This document shows, one piece after another, positions 12,672 through 24,601 of a stretch of DNA of 64,000 bases. The DNA comes from Negaprion brevirostris. Its lineage: Eukaryota. The notes beneath the pieces are model-generated. The model saw only the letters and a list, made by a program, of their open reading frames with translations, was not told the DNA's origin and searched no databases. The first letter of the stretch is position 1, and each line of letters opens with the position of its first letter. Location of the stretch: NCBI GenBank assembly GCA_030324005.1, contig JARDVH010000025.1, forward strand, positions 73,962,150-74,026,149. The letters run 5' to 3'. The translations under genes were made by a program, and so were the position numbers.

Positions 12672-13867
12672 GTAAGTATCACAGCCTTCCTTATTCTACT
12701 TAATCATTTCTTTCAGGCCTTGGGCTTGACGACTGACACTGACTAAATGACAGCTATTTAGTTCAAAAGAGATGGATGGCATGGTTTTTGTAAGATGTAC
12801 AATAATGGACCTTTGCCTTGATTTTAGGGCATTCATCCAATCAAAGGATGTCAAACAATGTTACGAATCCGTGCAGTGAATTGAGTGGCTTACACTGGTT
12901 GTCTGAACCAAAGGTAGCATTACAGTCTTGAAATGCCTCCAGAGTATCCCTTGTACATAAAGCATATAGTCTTATGCTTGGGATAGTCTTATGTTTTAAA
13001 CTAGATGCTGCCTGTTTGATCTTAGCTCTCTGCTCCATACCATGCAATTGAACCCAGTGAGTGACTGATAAATGTTGTTACAAAACAGTGCACATTGTAA
13101 AGAAAATTGTTGGTTTTGAGGTATAAAAACCCTTTGAAATAAAATCGCAAGTTCCGAACAGTTAATCTGGACCAAAGCGGTTCTTGGTTGTCTTGACCTA
13201 GGTCAAGGTAGGGTTGTAGTGATAAGCCAGGGNNNNNNNNNNNNNNNNNNNNNNNNNNNNNNNNNNNNNNNNNNNNNNNNNNNNNNNNNNNNNNNNNNNN
13301 NNNNNNNNNNNNNNNNNNNNNNNNNNNNNNNNNNNNNNNNNNNNNNNNNNNNNNNNNNNNNNNNNNNNNNNNNNNNNNNNNNNNNNNNNNNNNNNNNNNN
13401 NNNNNNNNNNNNNNNNNNNNNNNNNNNNNNNNNNNNNNNNNNNNNNNNNNNNNNNNNNNNNNNNNNNNNNNNNNNNNNNNNNNNNNNNNNNNNNNNNNNN
13501 NNNNNNNNNNNNNNNNNNNNNNNNNNNNNNNNNNNNNNNNNNNNNNNNNNNNNNNNNNNNNNNNNNNNNNNNNNNNNNNNNNNNNNNNNNNNNNNNNNNN
13601 NNNNNNNNNNNNNNNNNNNNNNNNNNNNNNNNNNNNNNNNNNNNNNNNNNNNNNNNNNNNNNNNNNNNNNNNNNNNNNNNNNNNNNNNNNNNNNNNNNNN
13701 NNNNNNNNNNNNNNNNNNNNNNNNNNNNNNNNNNNNNNNNNNNNNNNNNNNNNNNNNNNNNNNNNNNNNNNNNNNNNNNNNNNNNNNNNNNNNNNNNNNN
13801 NNNNNNNNNNNNNNNNNNNNNNNNNNNNNNNNNNNNNNNNNNNNNNNNNNNNNNNNNNNNNNNNNNN

Positions 13868-14085
13868 CTGGAATTAAGAATCTACTGATGACCATGAAAC
13901 CATTGTCAATTGTTGGAAAAACCCATCTGGTTCACTAATGTCCTTAAGGGAAGGAAATCTGCCATCCTTACCTGGTCTGGCCTACATGTAACTCCAGAGC
14001 CACAGCAATGAACAAGGATAACTTGGGTTGATCAAAAATGTTGCCTAGCCAGTGACGCCCATGTCCCACGAATGAATAAAGAAAA
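13868..14085 (+). mobile_element. 3' part of an abundant shark SINE, family not named
   Basis: aaaacccatctggttcactaatgtcc...ggaaggaaatctgccatccttacctggtctggcctaca, ending gccagtgacgcccatgtcccacgaatgaataaa. The same tail recurs near 24880-25030, 51715-51905 and 55790-55880. Confidence 0.65.
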
Positions 14086-14885
14086 TGGTCAAATGGATAG
14101 ATGGAATTTAACCCTGAAAGTGTGAGGTGATACACTTTGGAAGGAGTAAATTAACAAGGAAGTATTCAATGAATGGTATGACATTGGGAAGTTCTGTGGA
14201 ACAAAGGGACCTTTGTGTGTTTGTCCATCTTTGAAGACGGAAGGTCATGTTAGTAGGCTTGCCTTTATCAATCAAGGTATAGATTACAAAAGCAGGGAAG
14301 TCATGTTGAAGTTGTATAGAATATTGGTGAAGCCACAACTAGAGTACTGTGTGCATTTCTGGTTGACATGTTATAGGAAGGATGTGATTGCATTGGACGG
14401 AGTGCAGAGGAGATTTACCCGTATGATGGCTGGGCTGGAACATTTAAGTTTTGAAGTGAGGGTGGATAGGCTTGGATTGTTTTTGTTGGAGCAGGGAAGC
14501 CTGAGAGGCAACCTGGTTGAGGCGTACAAAATTATGAGGGGTATGGACAGAGTGGATAAGTTCCCCTTAGTTGAAGGGCCAGTCACAAGGGGACATGGGT
14601 TCAAGTTGAGGGACAGGAGGTTTAGAGGGACTTGGAAAAAAATCTTCTTTACCCAGAGGATGGTGATGGTCCTGAATGCACTGCTAGGGCAGGTGGTAGT
14701 GGTGAGTTACCTCACATCCTTTAAAAAGTACCTGGATGAGTTCTTGGCACATCATAACATTCAATGCTACAGGCCAAGTGCTAATAAATGGGATTAGGTG
14801 GGAGGTCAGGTTATTTCTCGTGTCAGTGCAGACTTGATGGGCCAAAGAGCCTCTTTTTGCACTGTATAAATGCTATGATCCTGTG
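14086..14885 (+). mobile_element. CR1/HER1 LINE 3' end (ORF2 C-terminus and tail)
   Basis: ORF 14213..14797: YKSREVMLKLYRILVKPQLEYCVHFW...VQRRFTRM...TRGHGFKL...FFTQR. Tail gatgggccaaagagcctc...ctgtat. Confidence 0.93.
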
Positions 14886-16130
14886 GTACAAATGACCAGT
14901 ATTTGTGAGTTAAGCAGAATTTATGATTTTGATGGGAACTTTGAGTCTGAATTCAGGAAGTTGCCTGCTTTGAGAGAATAGTTAAAATGGTTGATTTCAA
15001 TAGGTTGTACTTGGGATGATACCTTATTGATAAACAATTCATGCACTGCCTTAATTGATCTGAATCAACACTTTATCCTCAAGTCCTCAGATTCCTTGGA
15101 TGCTGACAACACAGCCAAAGTTTCTTCTGTCTCAGAACTAATGATGAACCATCTCTGCAAAGAAGTGTACCATTGAAATGATGATAAAACTGTATCAACA
15201 CAGATATTAATGTTCCAATTTTTCTCCAGCCTCATTCCTCCTCCTTTATTTGGTAGTAGTCCGAATTATCCTTTCTCACTGGCTACAGGCGGCTGTCACT
15301 CCATCTTTGCAGCCTCCATTTCACAAGTTGTAAACAGAGACATAGCTTGACTCTTATCTCCTTAAACTCAGAAGATTAGATTTTACTGAATGGAAGGTGC
15401 AAGAAATTTGTTTTGAGACAAAAGCTAGCAGTCTGAGTTTATAATGAGCTGATATTGAATCTCCCAAAGTCCCAGAAAAGTATTGAAGAAATTGGGTTGT
15501 CAACAATTATGCTGTAAACTGTCCATTTACTTCTAAGTTAAAAGTATGTTGGGGCCAAGGATAGCCAATTCTCATTTCTACCTTAATGAAAGGTTGACAC
15601 ATTTCACATTGCCATGGGGAAGATGGCAGAGGAAGCCACCTCTGAAACCATGTGACAGGCTGCTGTACAAATCAGTGAGTATCTCAGATATAGACAGCAA
15701 TTTTGTATGGTCAGCAGATAGAAGAAGCAGCTTAGGTTTTGCAAACTACCACAGCTGGATGTAGAGGCAAGTGATCTCCAGTTGAAGAAATATGTCCTGC
15801 AACCATTTCAAGATACCTGGCAATTTATCTCACGTGACCAGGGGGAAGAAGAATCAGCACAACAGGTTTTCCTGCTGGTGGTGGATTTAAGAAACTCTCC
15901 AGCACTGAGGGAGCACTGCCTGAAAATGGTCACTCAAAGTTACTGCTCAGAGAAGCACAGATGCAGGAATCCATTGCAAAGTGGGAGCAACTGTGGATAA
16001 CTTGGTATAAGGACTTAATTCCATGAGGAATGTGATAACTTCAGGGGAAATGTGTTCAGTATAAAAAGAAACATTCCTCTCTGCAGTTTAGAGTAAAAGT
16101 TGTCTACAAAAAGAAAGTACTGTTTAATTA

Positions 16131-16965
16131 ATAGAGTCATAGAGGTTTACAGCATGGAAGCAGGCCCTTTGGCCCAACTTGTCCATGCCGCCCTTTTTTT
16201 TTAAACCCCCTAAGCTAGTCCCAATTGCTTGCATTTGGCCCATATCCCTGTATGCCCATCATACCCATGTAACTATCTAAATGCTTTTTAAAAGACAAAA
16301 TTGTACCCGCTTCTACTACTACCTCTGGCAGCTTGTTNNNNNNNNNNNNNNNNNNNNNNNNNNNNNNNNNNNNNNNNNNNNNNNNNNNNNNNNNNNNNNN
16401 NNNNNNNNNNNNNNNNNNNNNNNNNNNNNNNNNNNNNNNNNNNNNNNNNNNNNNNNNNNNNNNNNNNNNNNNNNNNNNNNNNNNNNNNNNNNNNNNNNNN
16501 NNNNNNNNNNNNNNNNNNNNNNNNNNNNNNNNNNNNNNNNNNNNNNNNNNNNNNNNNNNNNNNNNNNNNNNNNNNNNNNNNNNNNNNNNNNNNNNNNNNN
16601 NNNNNNNNNNNNNNNNNNNNNNNNNNNNNNNNNNNNNNNNNNNNNNNNNNNNNNNNNNNNNNNNNNNNNNNNNNNNNNNNNNNNNNNNNNNNNNNNNNNN
16701 NNNNNNNNNNNNNNNNNNNNNNNNNNNNNNNNNNNNNNNNNNNNNNNNNNNNNNNNNNNNNNNNNNNNNNNNNNNNNNNNNNNNNNNNNNNNNNNNNNNN
16801 NNNNNNNNNNNNNNNNNNNNNNNNNNNNNNNNNNNNNNNNNNNNNNNNNCCCCCTTATTATTTTGAGGCTGTGCCCTCTAGTCCTGGTTTCCTTTCTAAG
16901 TGGAAAGAATCTCTCTACCTCTACGCTATCTAGCCCCTTCATTATATCGTAAGTCTCTATAAGAT
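16131..16965 (-). mobile_element. CR1/HER1 LINE 3' sequence spanning an N-gap
   Basis: Reverse-complement tail agagtcatagaggtttacagcatggaagcaggccc; ORF 16319..16942 begins MKGLDSVEVERFFPLRKETRTRGHSLKI. Confidence 0.85.
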
Positions 16966-19540
16966 CCTTTTTAAGGCCATTTGTTCAGTAAATGTTTTAA
17001 AATGTAATATTTTGCCTAGTCATTCTTTCGGTGGATAACTGGAAGTTAGAATCTCTTTTAAAAGCTATAGATCTTTACAGAGATTGTAACAATATTAGGC
17101 TGCTGCAATCTTCTTAATAAACATTCCCTATAAAATACATTGATGAGAAAGTGTTTTTGATCAGTTAGATTACAAGATTAAAAGGTGTATTTAGCTGGTG
17201 GCAGTTTGACTTGGCTGTGCATAATTATTGGCAAGGAACAGCCTCCCATTCCATTCTGTTACACTGGGCCATCTTAACACACAGCTACAGCGTGAATTGA
17301 ACCAAATGTTCTTCAGACTTCCACACTCCTCCCAGTATAAGTCATTGACTACTTTATTGGGTTTTTTTCCATTGACAGTTGTATTTTTGGCTTAAAAATA
17401 ACTATTCAAGGCATAGTACGGAGATCAATTTACAATGCATTGATTGAAAATCCTTGGGAATTCATCTGAGCAAAGTATAGCCAGTTAGAGTTCATTAATG
17501 CAAGTCGTAAGTCTGAGTTAATAGCACTGAATTTTATTTGATTGCCTCTGAGCGACAGAGATAAATTGCTCCTGAGATTTATCTGGGGCTTTACCTGTGG
17601 TTATCCATTGCCCTCAGGAGATTGAGTAGGTTGTGTCGGGTGAATTGGCTGTCAAGGGAATTGACTTAATGAATTGCCTTTTTATCTTCTCTAGTTCCTT
17701 AACTTTTTGTCTTCATGAGGAAGAACTGTCACAGATGATTCTGCATAAAGTAGTCGGGGACAACAGAAACAATTTACATAATCACTAATTTGATAATGAA
17801 TAAAAGTTAATTTGCTATTTTTTTCATAATGCCAGTCATAGCCGTGCTTCGTTTCACAGGCACCAGAATGTGGCAGAAATTCATTCAAATTAAATTATTC
17901 ATATTCCATGGCAGTAGTGACATCTGTCACAATGCTAAAATATTGTACTCTGCAGTATTAAACATATTCAGTGGTTTGGTGAGAGTATTGAAAACAATAG
18001 CAAAGGATCACATTTATCACAATTCTGGAGATTTTCTGAAAGCAAATCCAACGTTCGTATTCCTTACCCTCTTCTGCCTTGGCTTAAACATGATTTGTGG
18101 CAGAGAGCACAATATTCGCACTGCTTTCCTGTCTCCACTGATCCACTTGTAAGCTGAGAAGGCATCATGTGTTGAGTACTCTGTCCCCTTTGAATTTACC
18201 ATCTCCGGATGGAGGGATGAACAGCCTGTCAGTTAAATACTTGCAGTGGTGAAGTTATGATTAGAAACTTGATAGCACAGGGCTCAAACAGTTATTAAGA
18301 ATGAGAGTTAAGAAGAGAAATTGGGTTGAATTTTCTTTTCATACCAAGGCGCTCAGACTTGTGCAGCAAGTTACTGGGAAAACTCTTGAAGCAGATGGGA
18401 TCAAAAGCCCAAGTGGATGCGTTTGTGGAGAAAGGATTACTTGAGGTGTATAATAAGAGGCTGAGTTGACTGTTCGTCTGTCAAAAATAAATGAACTTGT
18501 TGGGCCTCATGGTCCTTACCTGTTTTCAAATATTCTCTGTTCAGACTAAACCTCATTTACAGTGGAGTCAAAGCTCTAGTGATATTTTAAACGTGTATGC
18601 TCACTGAATATGAATAAGTACTGATATCTAACAGACCCTTGTCAGTTAGCATGTGTGCCGTTAAGTCACTCTACAAACAGCTCTATCTGATGGCAGTGAA
18701 AGGCTTGTTCTCTGAAAATATGTACACCTATGTGTAATTGTGAGTATTGGACCAGCACAATAAGTTGTAACATGGACCACGTTTACCCGAGAAGCTGAGA
18801 CCTGGGAGGTGCAAGCTTTTCTATGAGGTACAACTTGTTCAGGATGACACATTGAAACCTGAATCAGTTATACTGTTGGTAGCTTTGAATTTTTGAGTTG
18901 AATTTACTATCAATATCATTAATATCAGAAACTTGAGTGTGGGTGGTGATCACTTTTATCTTGCCAGAAAAGTCATTTCAGTTCTCTCAGCTTTGTGAAT
19001 TACAGGAACCAGATTTTTGTTATGAATAATACTGCTTTTAGAGTATTTTTTTTCTTTTTTGCCCAGCTGATGTTTTTTATTGTGACTTGGCAATTATAGA
19101 AACGTTGCTAATTAATTGAGGAAGTTTGAGTAAAAATAATGAAAGGTATAGTGTACAGGTAGAGATTTTTTACTGCAATTATGGTGCGTCAAGATTACTG
19201 CAATTATAACTCGTAACAAACTTTTCTGCTGGACTATTTTATGAAACAGATTCTAAAGATAGGAGGGGGTGAAATAGAAATCTGAAATATAAATGTGAAA
19301 TTATTGTTACAACTCAAATAATCAGGCAGTAAAGGTGAAATGGAGCCTCATCTTTATACGCTTCGAAGCTTTTATTTCCAGCACCTCTAATTCAACAAGT
19401 ACAGTTTCAGCATGCTCCTGTACATCTGAATGCAAGTGAATGCTAAACAATACACCACCTGAATGCAATTTAACTCCCATAATGTGTACTTGACAATTCT
19501 CAATTGATGCAGAAGCTTTATTTACATGTAAAAACCAAAC

Positions 19541-20034
19541 CATGGAATCCCTACAGTGCGAAAGCAGACCATTTGGCCCTCCGAGCCTGCACTGACTCTC
19601 CGCAGAAGTATCTTAGCACACAACTACACCCCCACCCTGCACCATAACCCTATAACCATGCACAGTTACAATGGCTAATCCACCTAATCTACACATCTTT
19701 TGGACTGTTGGAGGAAACCTGTGCAGACACGGGGAGAACATGCAATCACCCAAAGCCAAAATCGAACCTGGGTCCCAGCTATGTGTATGTGTGTAGAGTT
19801 TGCACATTCTCCCTGTGTTTGCGTGGGTTTCCTCCGGGTGCCCAGGTTTCCTCCCATAGCCCAAAGATGTGTACGTTAGTTGGGTTAGCCATGGAAAATG
19901 CACTGGGAGATGGGCCAGAGGAGTGGGCCTGGGTAAGATGCTCTTTCGGAGAGTCGTTGTAGGCTTAATGGGCTGAATAGCCTCCTCCTGCACTGCAGGG
20001 ATTATATGGTTCTAACCACTATGCCACTGTGCTG
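19541..20034 (-). mobile_element. HE1-type V-SINE (minus strand) interrupted by an opposite-strand HE1 copy
   Basis: Tail gaatccctacagtgc at 19545, body to atcgaacctgggtccc at 19776; remaining head aaccactatgccactgtgctg at 20014-20034. Confidence 0.85.
19781..20013 (+). mobile_element. HE1-type V-SINE (5'-truncated) nested in the previous element
   Basis: gagtttgcacattctccctgtgtttgcgtgggtttcctccgggtgc (V domain) through tail gcctcctcctgcactgcagggattatatggttct. Confidence 0.88.
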
Positions 20035-20477
20035 AAGATGAGTAATTGATTTGCATACCTTCATCAAATCTTAAACCAGAGGAAAATGTTGGAAGAATTT
20101 TATGTTGTTTCACAATGGCGGGACCTGGTAATTAACATTGATTGTGCCCTAAGATGCTTAAGGTGAGAGGGAGAATAAAAGACTTGTGCCAGGATTTTCC
20201 GGTCCTGTCATGGTGAGACCTGTCATAGAAAATTTGATGACCCACCCAAAAGTTGATCGACTGGTCAGTTGGACCAAATGATCCTGGTGGCAGGCAGGAC
20301 TGGAAAATCTCCTCCTGCACCTCCTGCTGAGTGACATTGGTTCTGAGGTAGACAATGCCATTCGTGGATCAGTTGAGTCGTGAAGAACATTACATTGCAG
20401 AAGATGGCAAGAAAGTACAATAAAATTTAGCTGCTCACAATGTTTTTGTTGTTAAAATGTACTATTTGCTATTTTAG

Positions 20478-20563
20478 CAGCGTTCAACATCAGAATTGGC
20501 TTTCAACTTCGATGCTAACAAGCAGCAGCGGCAGTTAATTGCAGAACTGGAAAATAAAAATAG
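20478..20563 (+). CDS. DTNB: Beta-dystrobrevin internal exon, start of coiled-coil helix 1 (86 nt, phase 0 to 2)
   Basis: Acceptor ctattttag|cag, donor ag|gtaaga. Translates QRSTSELAFNFDANKQQRQLIAELENKN(R); FNFDANK is DTNB-type. In frame with flanking exons. Confidence 0.95.
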
Positions 20564-20800
20564 GTAAGAAGGATAAAAAGTTCCCTGGCAGGTCTTGGTT
20601 CCAGCACTGATTTGTACCGAGTGCACTGTTCATAAAACAATCTTTGCCGTCTGGTTCTTCAAATACCTCCTTATCAGTGGACAGAAAAAAATAGCAGGAG
20701 CTACAAAGAGGGAATATGAACTGAAACTTGCAAGGCAAATCAAGAACAGCACGTTAAATCTGGTGTCCCTGAATTACAGTATGTGCCTCCTTTAAAATCT

Positions 20801-21467
20801 GGGGCAGAATTTAATATTATTGTCAGAATCTCACCCACTGACTGGAGAACTGGCAAGAGCCCCACGTCACCTCCGTAGAGGCATTTAACTGGCAATCATT
20901 GGGTTGGTTCTTCCCTGGGATTTAGGACTCTCGATCACCAAGAGCTGCCAGTCACTCAGAGGTTGGTGGCTCCACATTGCTCATCAACGCCATTGAGAGC
21001 CTTGCCTGCTGCCACTAATGTGCCGTACAAAGGCCTAGGATCAACCAGGGACCCATTGGCAACAAGTGAGCAAGGGTATAATGTGGGTTGTCATTCCTTG
21101 GGGTAGAGAGGGGATCAGAATAAAGGAAATAGGGCTGATCTGAGCGAGAGAGAGACCCTCTCCCCAAAGCACCGATGTTGGTTCATTCAATAAGGCACTA
21201 GGTACTCTTGAACCAGGGAACCCAACCTCCCGGAAATCTGCAAATATACCCAATATTGCTTGTTTTTTGGGCTCTCCAGTGAATACCAGCAGTCTAGGAT
21301 GGAATCCTACATTGGGTATCATCTACTCACTTAGTGTTCGGTTGGGAAGGCCGTGTACAAGCCTTCCTTCCCCAGTCTTAATCGGGCATCCCACCCTGCA
21401 CGTTCCTGCCAAATTAAATTCCCTCTTACCTGCAAATTTGCTGCAGGGTGACATTAAACTCCACCCC
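20801..21467. mobile_element. Non-autonomous DNA transposon with terminal inverted repeats
   Basis: ggggcagaatttaat at 20801 and attaaactccacccc ending at 21467 (12 of 15 inverted match); GC-rich interior, no coding signal. Confidence 0.6.
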
Positions 21468-21629
21468 AGTGTGTGGTGTGTTACCTCCCTGTGACATTTT
21501 TACCGCTTTTGAATAATATACACGATATATGGGACAATTTGAAAGGTTATTAGTTTATCAAATGGAACAATTTTATTCTGATTCAGCATTCTATATAAAT
21601 AACAAAAACAATAATAACAGTACTGTATA

Positions 21630-21957
21630 TCATAGAATCAGAACCATACAGTGCAGAAGGAGGCCATTCAACCCATTGAGTATGCACTGACTACAATCCC
21701 ACCCAGGCCCAATCTCTATAACCCCATGCATTTACCCTAGCTAGTCCTGTTGACATGAAGGGACAATTTAGCATGGCCAATCCACCTAACCCACATATCT
21801 TTGGACTGTGGAGGGAAACCAGAGCACCCAGAGGAAACCCACACAGACACAGGGGGAATGTGCAAACTCCACACATAGTGACCCAAGCCAGGAATCGAAC
21901 CCAGGGCCCTTGGCATTGTGAGGCAGCTGCGCTGACCACTGTGACACCGTGCTCCCC
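21630..21957 (-). mobile_element. Full-length HE1-type V-SINE
   Basis: tRNA-derived head (reverse complement of A and B boxes: ggaatcgaacccaggg...gaccactgtgacaccgtgc), V domain, and CR1/HER1-type tail catagaatc. Confidence 0.92.
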
Positions 21958-22529
21958 TTTACAAACTTAAAATTGGATTGTTAACCCTTGTTGATGTTCT
22001 TTGTAATCCCCAAAACAGATATCATCGTGGCACGGTGTACAGTGTAACTCCAGCCAAACAAATGTAGGTTCACATTTAGCTGAGGATGTGAAAACACCTC
22101 ATGGTGCTTTCCTCCACTGTATAGTTTCACATGGCTGGCTTATTGCAACGCAAAATGAACTTCATAAACTGAAGATTTCCTCCATATTTCTGTTATCAAT
22201 AAAGAGCCAAAGGTGCATTTCACATTTAAATTACTTGAACAATTCCACCAACATGAGAGCTGCGTTCCGTTTATTTGCAGCTTAATGGTGACACAATGAT
22301 CAGGCTGCAACTTGGAGCTCCCCATAACTAAAGCAGCTTCCTTGTTTTCTAATACTCCGGTGAAGCATCTTGGGATGTTCCATTATGTTGGAAGTGCAGT
22401 GGAAATATAATTTTTCATTGTTGTTGTTTTCCAAAGACAGATTCGGTTGCCAGAATCCTTAAAACAAGGAAGTACGAAAGCCATTGATTTAGTCAATGTG
22501 TACTGGAGTTTAATAACTAAATGAGATGC

Positions 22530-23385
22530 TGGTAACATCCAATTCTACTGCTCCACACCTCTCTTGACCTCCCTGCTGTCAAATAATTTCTCTTGGCCAT
22601 CATCCAGAATTGCATTATTTTTCCCAGTTGGAAATATTGAAACCCTCAGCTCCAGCCCCGTCACAAACAGCACATCCTCGCCACAGTAATTCTGTACCTG
22701 CTCCTTGACTTCCATCCTGGGTGAATTAGACTTTTGCAAACTTATCTTCCTATTCAACAAAAGCAGTAACTTCTGACCTTGTGTTCTTTCCATTACAAAA
22801 GCCTTACTTCCATCTCTAAGATCACCCACCTTCAACCCTGCCTGAACACCCTGCAGCTGAAACCTTTATCTATGTCTGCCCACCTCCAGACTTGATCATT
22901 TTAATACTTCCATCGTCAACATGCCTCCCTTTCTATACACTCTGTAATCTTCAACTAAAACACTCCTGTCCATGAATCATTCTGCACCGGTTCCTGTTTA
23001 CCCATCACCAGCACCCAAACACTTTCAATTTAAAATCCTTATTCTTATTCCATGGCCTTATCTTTCCATATTTGTGAACTACTTAAGTCATCCAAATCAT
23101 TCAAATCAGCCGTTTCCTCAGAGCTCTTGTTGAAGAGTTCTGCTGAATCTGCCCTCTTGTGAATCCCCCTCCTCTGCCCAAAGTGGCCATTTTTCCAGAT
23201 ACTTGATCCCTAAATCCCTCCAGCTGTTCCAGCCACTTCTCTATTTAAGACCTCCTGAAGATCTATCTCTTTGAATCATTTTACTATCTTCTCCATTGAA
23301 CCTGTTTCATTTTATCTGACTATGTCTCTGAAGTGCAGTGGGACCTTTATGTATGAGCTGTGATATAAATGCAGTTTGATGTTGC
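22530..23385 (+). mobile_element. L2-clade LINE 3' fragment
   Basis: gcagctgaaacctttatctatg...cacctccagacttgat...cccatcacc...tttcaatttaaaatcctt; tail gtgcagtgggacctttatgtatg...atataaatgcagtttg. Confidence 0.6.
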
Positions 23386-23509
23386 TGCATGTGCTAGCTG
23401 AGTTTTCCCCACATTTCTCTCTGCAACAACAATTAGAGTATATTTGTAGTAGATGAGACAAGGGACGCCATTTTATTAAGAGCTTTAACTGTTATATTTA
23501 AAATTAGGT

Positions 23510-24285
23510 CAGGTTTGGTCGGAAGAATAGGGAGGTAACTTATTACTTGGAAGGTGTCAGTCTAGATGCGGTATAGAAACAAAGGCATTTTGGAGTACAG
23601 ATGCATTAAAAGTTGTGCCAAATCAAACCAAGTGCCAGGCTTTATTTCTGGAGAGACAGAATTGAAAATTAGAAACGATATTCTGAACCTGTAACAAACC
23701 TTGGTTAGATCACACTGGGATTACTGCTTGCAGTTCTGATCATCATACTATAAAATATTTAGAGAGGTTCTGGAGAGGGGGACGAGATGAATTATAAGGA
23801 TGATACCAGAGATAGATGAGTATCTATATCGGGGAAGGTTTGATAGACTGAGTCTCTTTTCTCTTGAAAAATGAGAGCTGAGGGTTGACCTAACAGGGAT
23901 ATTTAAATTACAAAAGGTTTTGTTAGTGTGGATAAAGAGAGAATGTTTCCCCTTGCAGGGAAGAGCATAACTAGAGGGCAACAAGAGATGATAGTCACCA
24001 AGAAATCCAATGAGGAACTCAGCAGAAACTCCTTTACCCATGAGTGGAAAGAATGTGGAAGTCCCCACCACAGGGAGTGTTTGAAGTGAATTGATATGGA
24101 TGCATTTAAGTGGAAGCTAGAGAAGTATTTGAATGAGAAGGGAAAGGGCTGTTACGATGATGGATTTAGTTGATGATTTTAGATGAGGGAAGATGAGAGG
24201 AGGCTCAAGTGGAGCATAAACACCAGCATGGCGTGGCTGGGTTGAGTGGCTTATTTCTGTGCCATATTTTGTATGCAAACCCGTT
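23510..24285 (+). mobile_element. CR1/HER1 LINE 3' fragment
   Basis: accttggttagatcacactgggattactgcttgcagttctg (LVRPHLEYC-QFW-like), agagctgagggttgacctaac, ataactagagggca, then a CR1-type 3' UTR. Confidence 0.8.
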
Positions 24286-24487
24286 GTAAGTCTATTCATG
24301 GAATGGTTGTGAAACATTTCATATTTACCGTTAATATAAGAACAGTGACTAATCCCTCTCCCTATTGGCTCGTAATTGTCTTTTTGTCTATTTTTGGAGA
24401 AAGTACTAAACCTCGTTTTGCAGACACAGTTACTTGTGAAATGATGGTATTATCTTTCAGAGTAACTCCAACTGTTCTTGGTTTCAG

Positions 24488-24601
24488 GGAAATCCTTCAA
24501 GAAATCCAACGTCTCAGATTAGAACACGAGCAGGCCTCGCAACCAACCCCAGAGAAAGCACAGCAGAATCCTACCCTATTGGCTGAACTGAGGCTACTTA
24601 G
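24488..24601 (+). CDS. DTNB: Beta-dystrobrevin internal exon, coiled-coil region (114 nt, phase 2 to 2)
   Basis: Acceptor ttcttggtttcag, donor ag|gtaagg. Translates [37 protein letters not shown](R), the conserved dystrobrevin sequence, seen at the end of ORF 24246..24605. Confidence 0.97.

Noticed and set aside
13203-13938. Long ORFs made mostly of X (also near 16300, 26100, 28500, 33800 and 54700)
   Set aside because: They only span N-gaps and carry no coding evidence.
14213-14797. 194-aa ORF as a possible host gene
   Set aside because: It is the C-terminus of CR1 ORF2, 5'-truncated and followed by the LINE tail.
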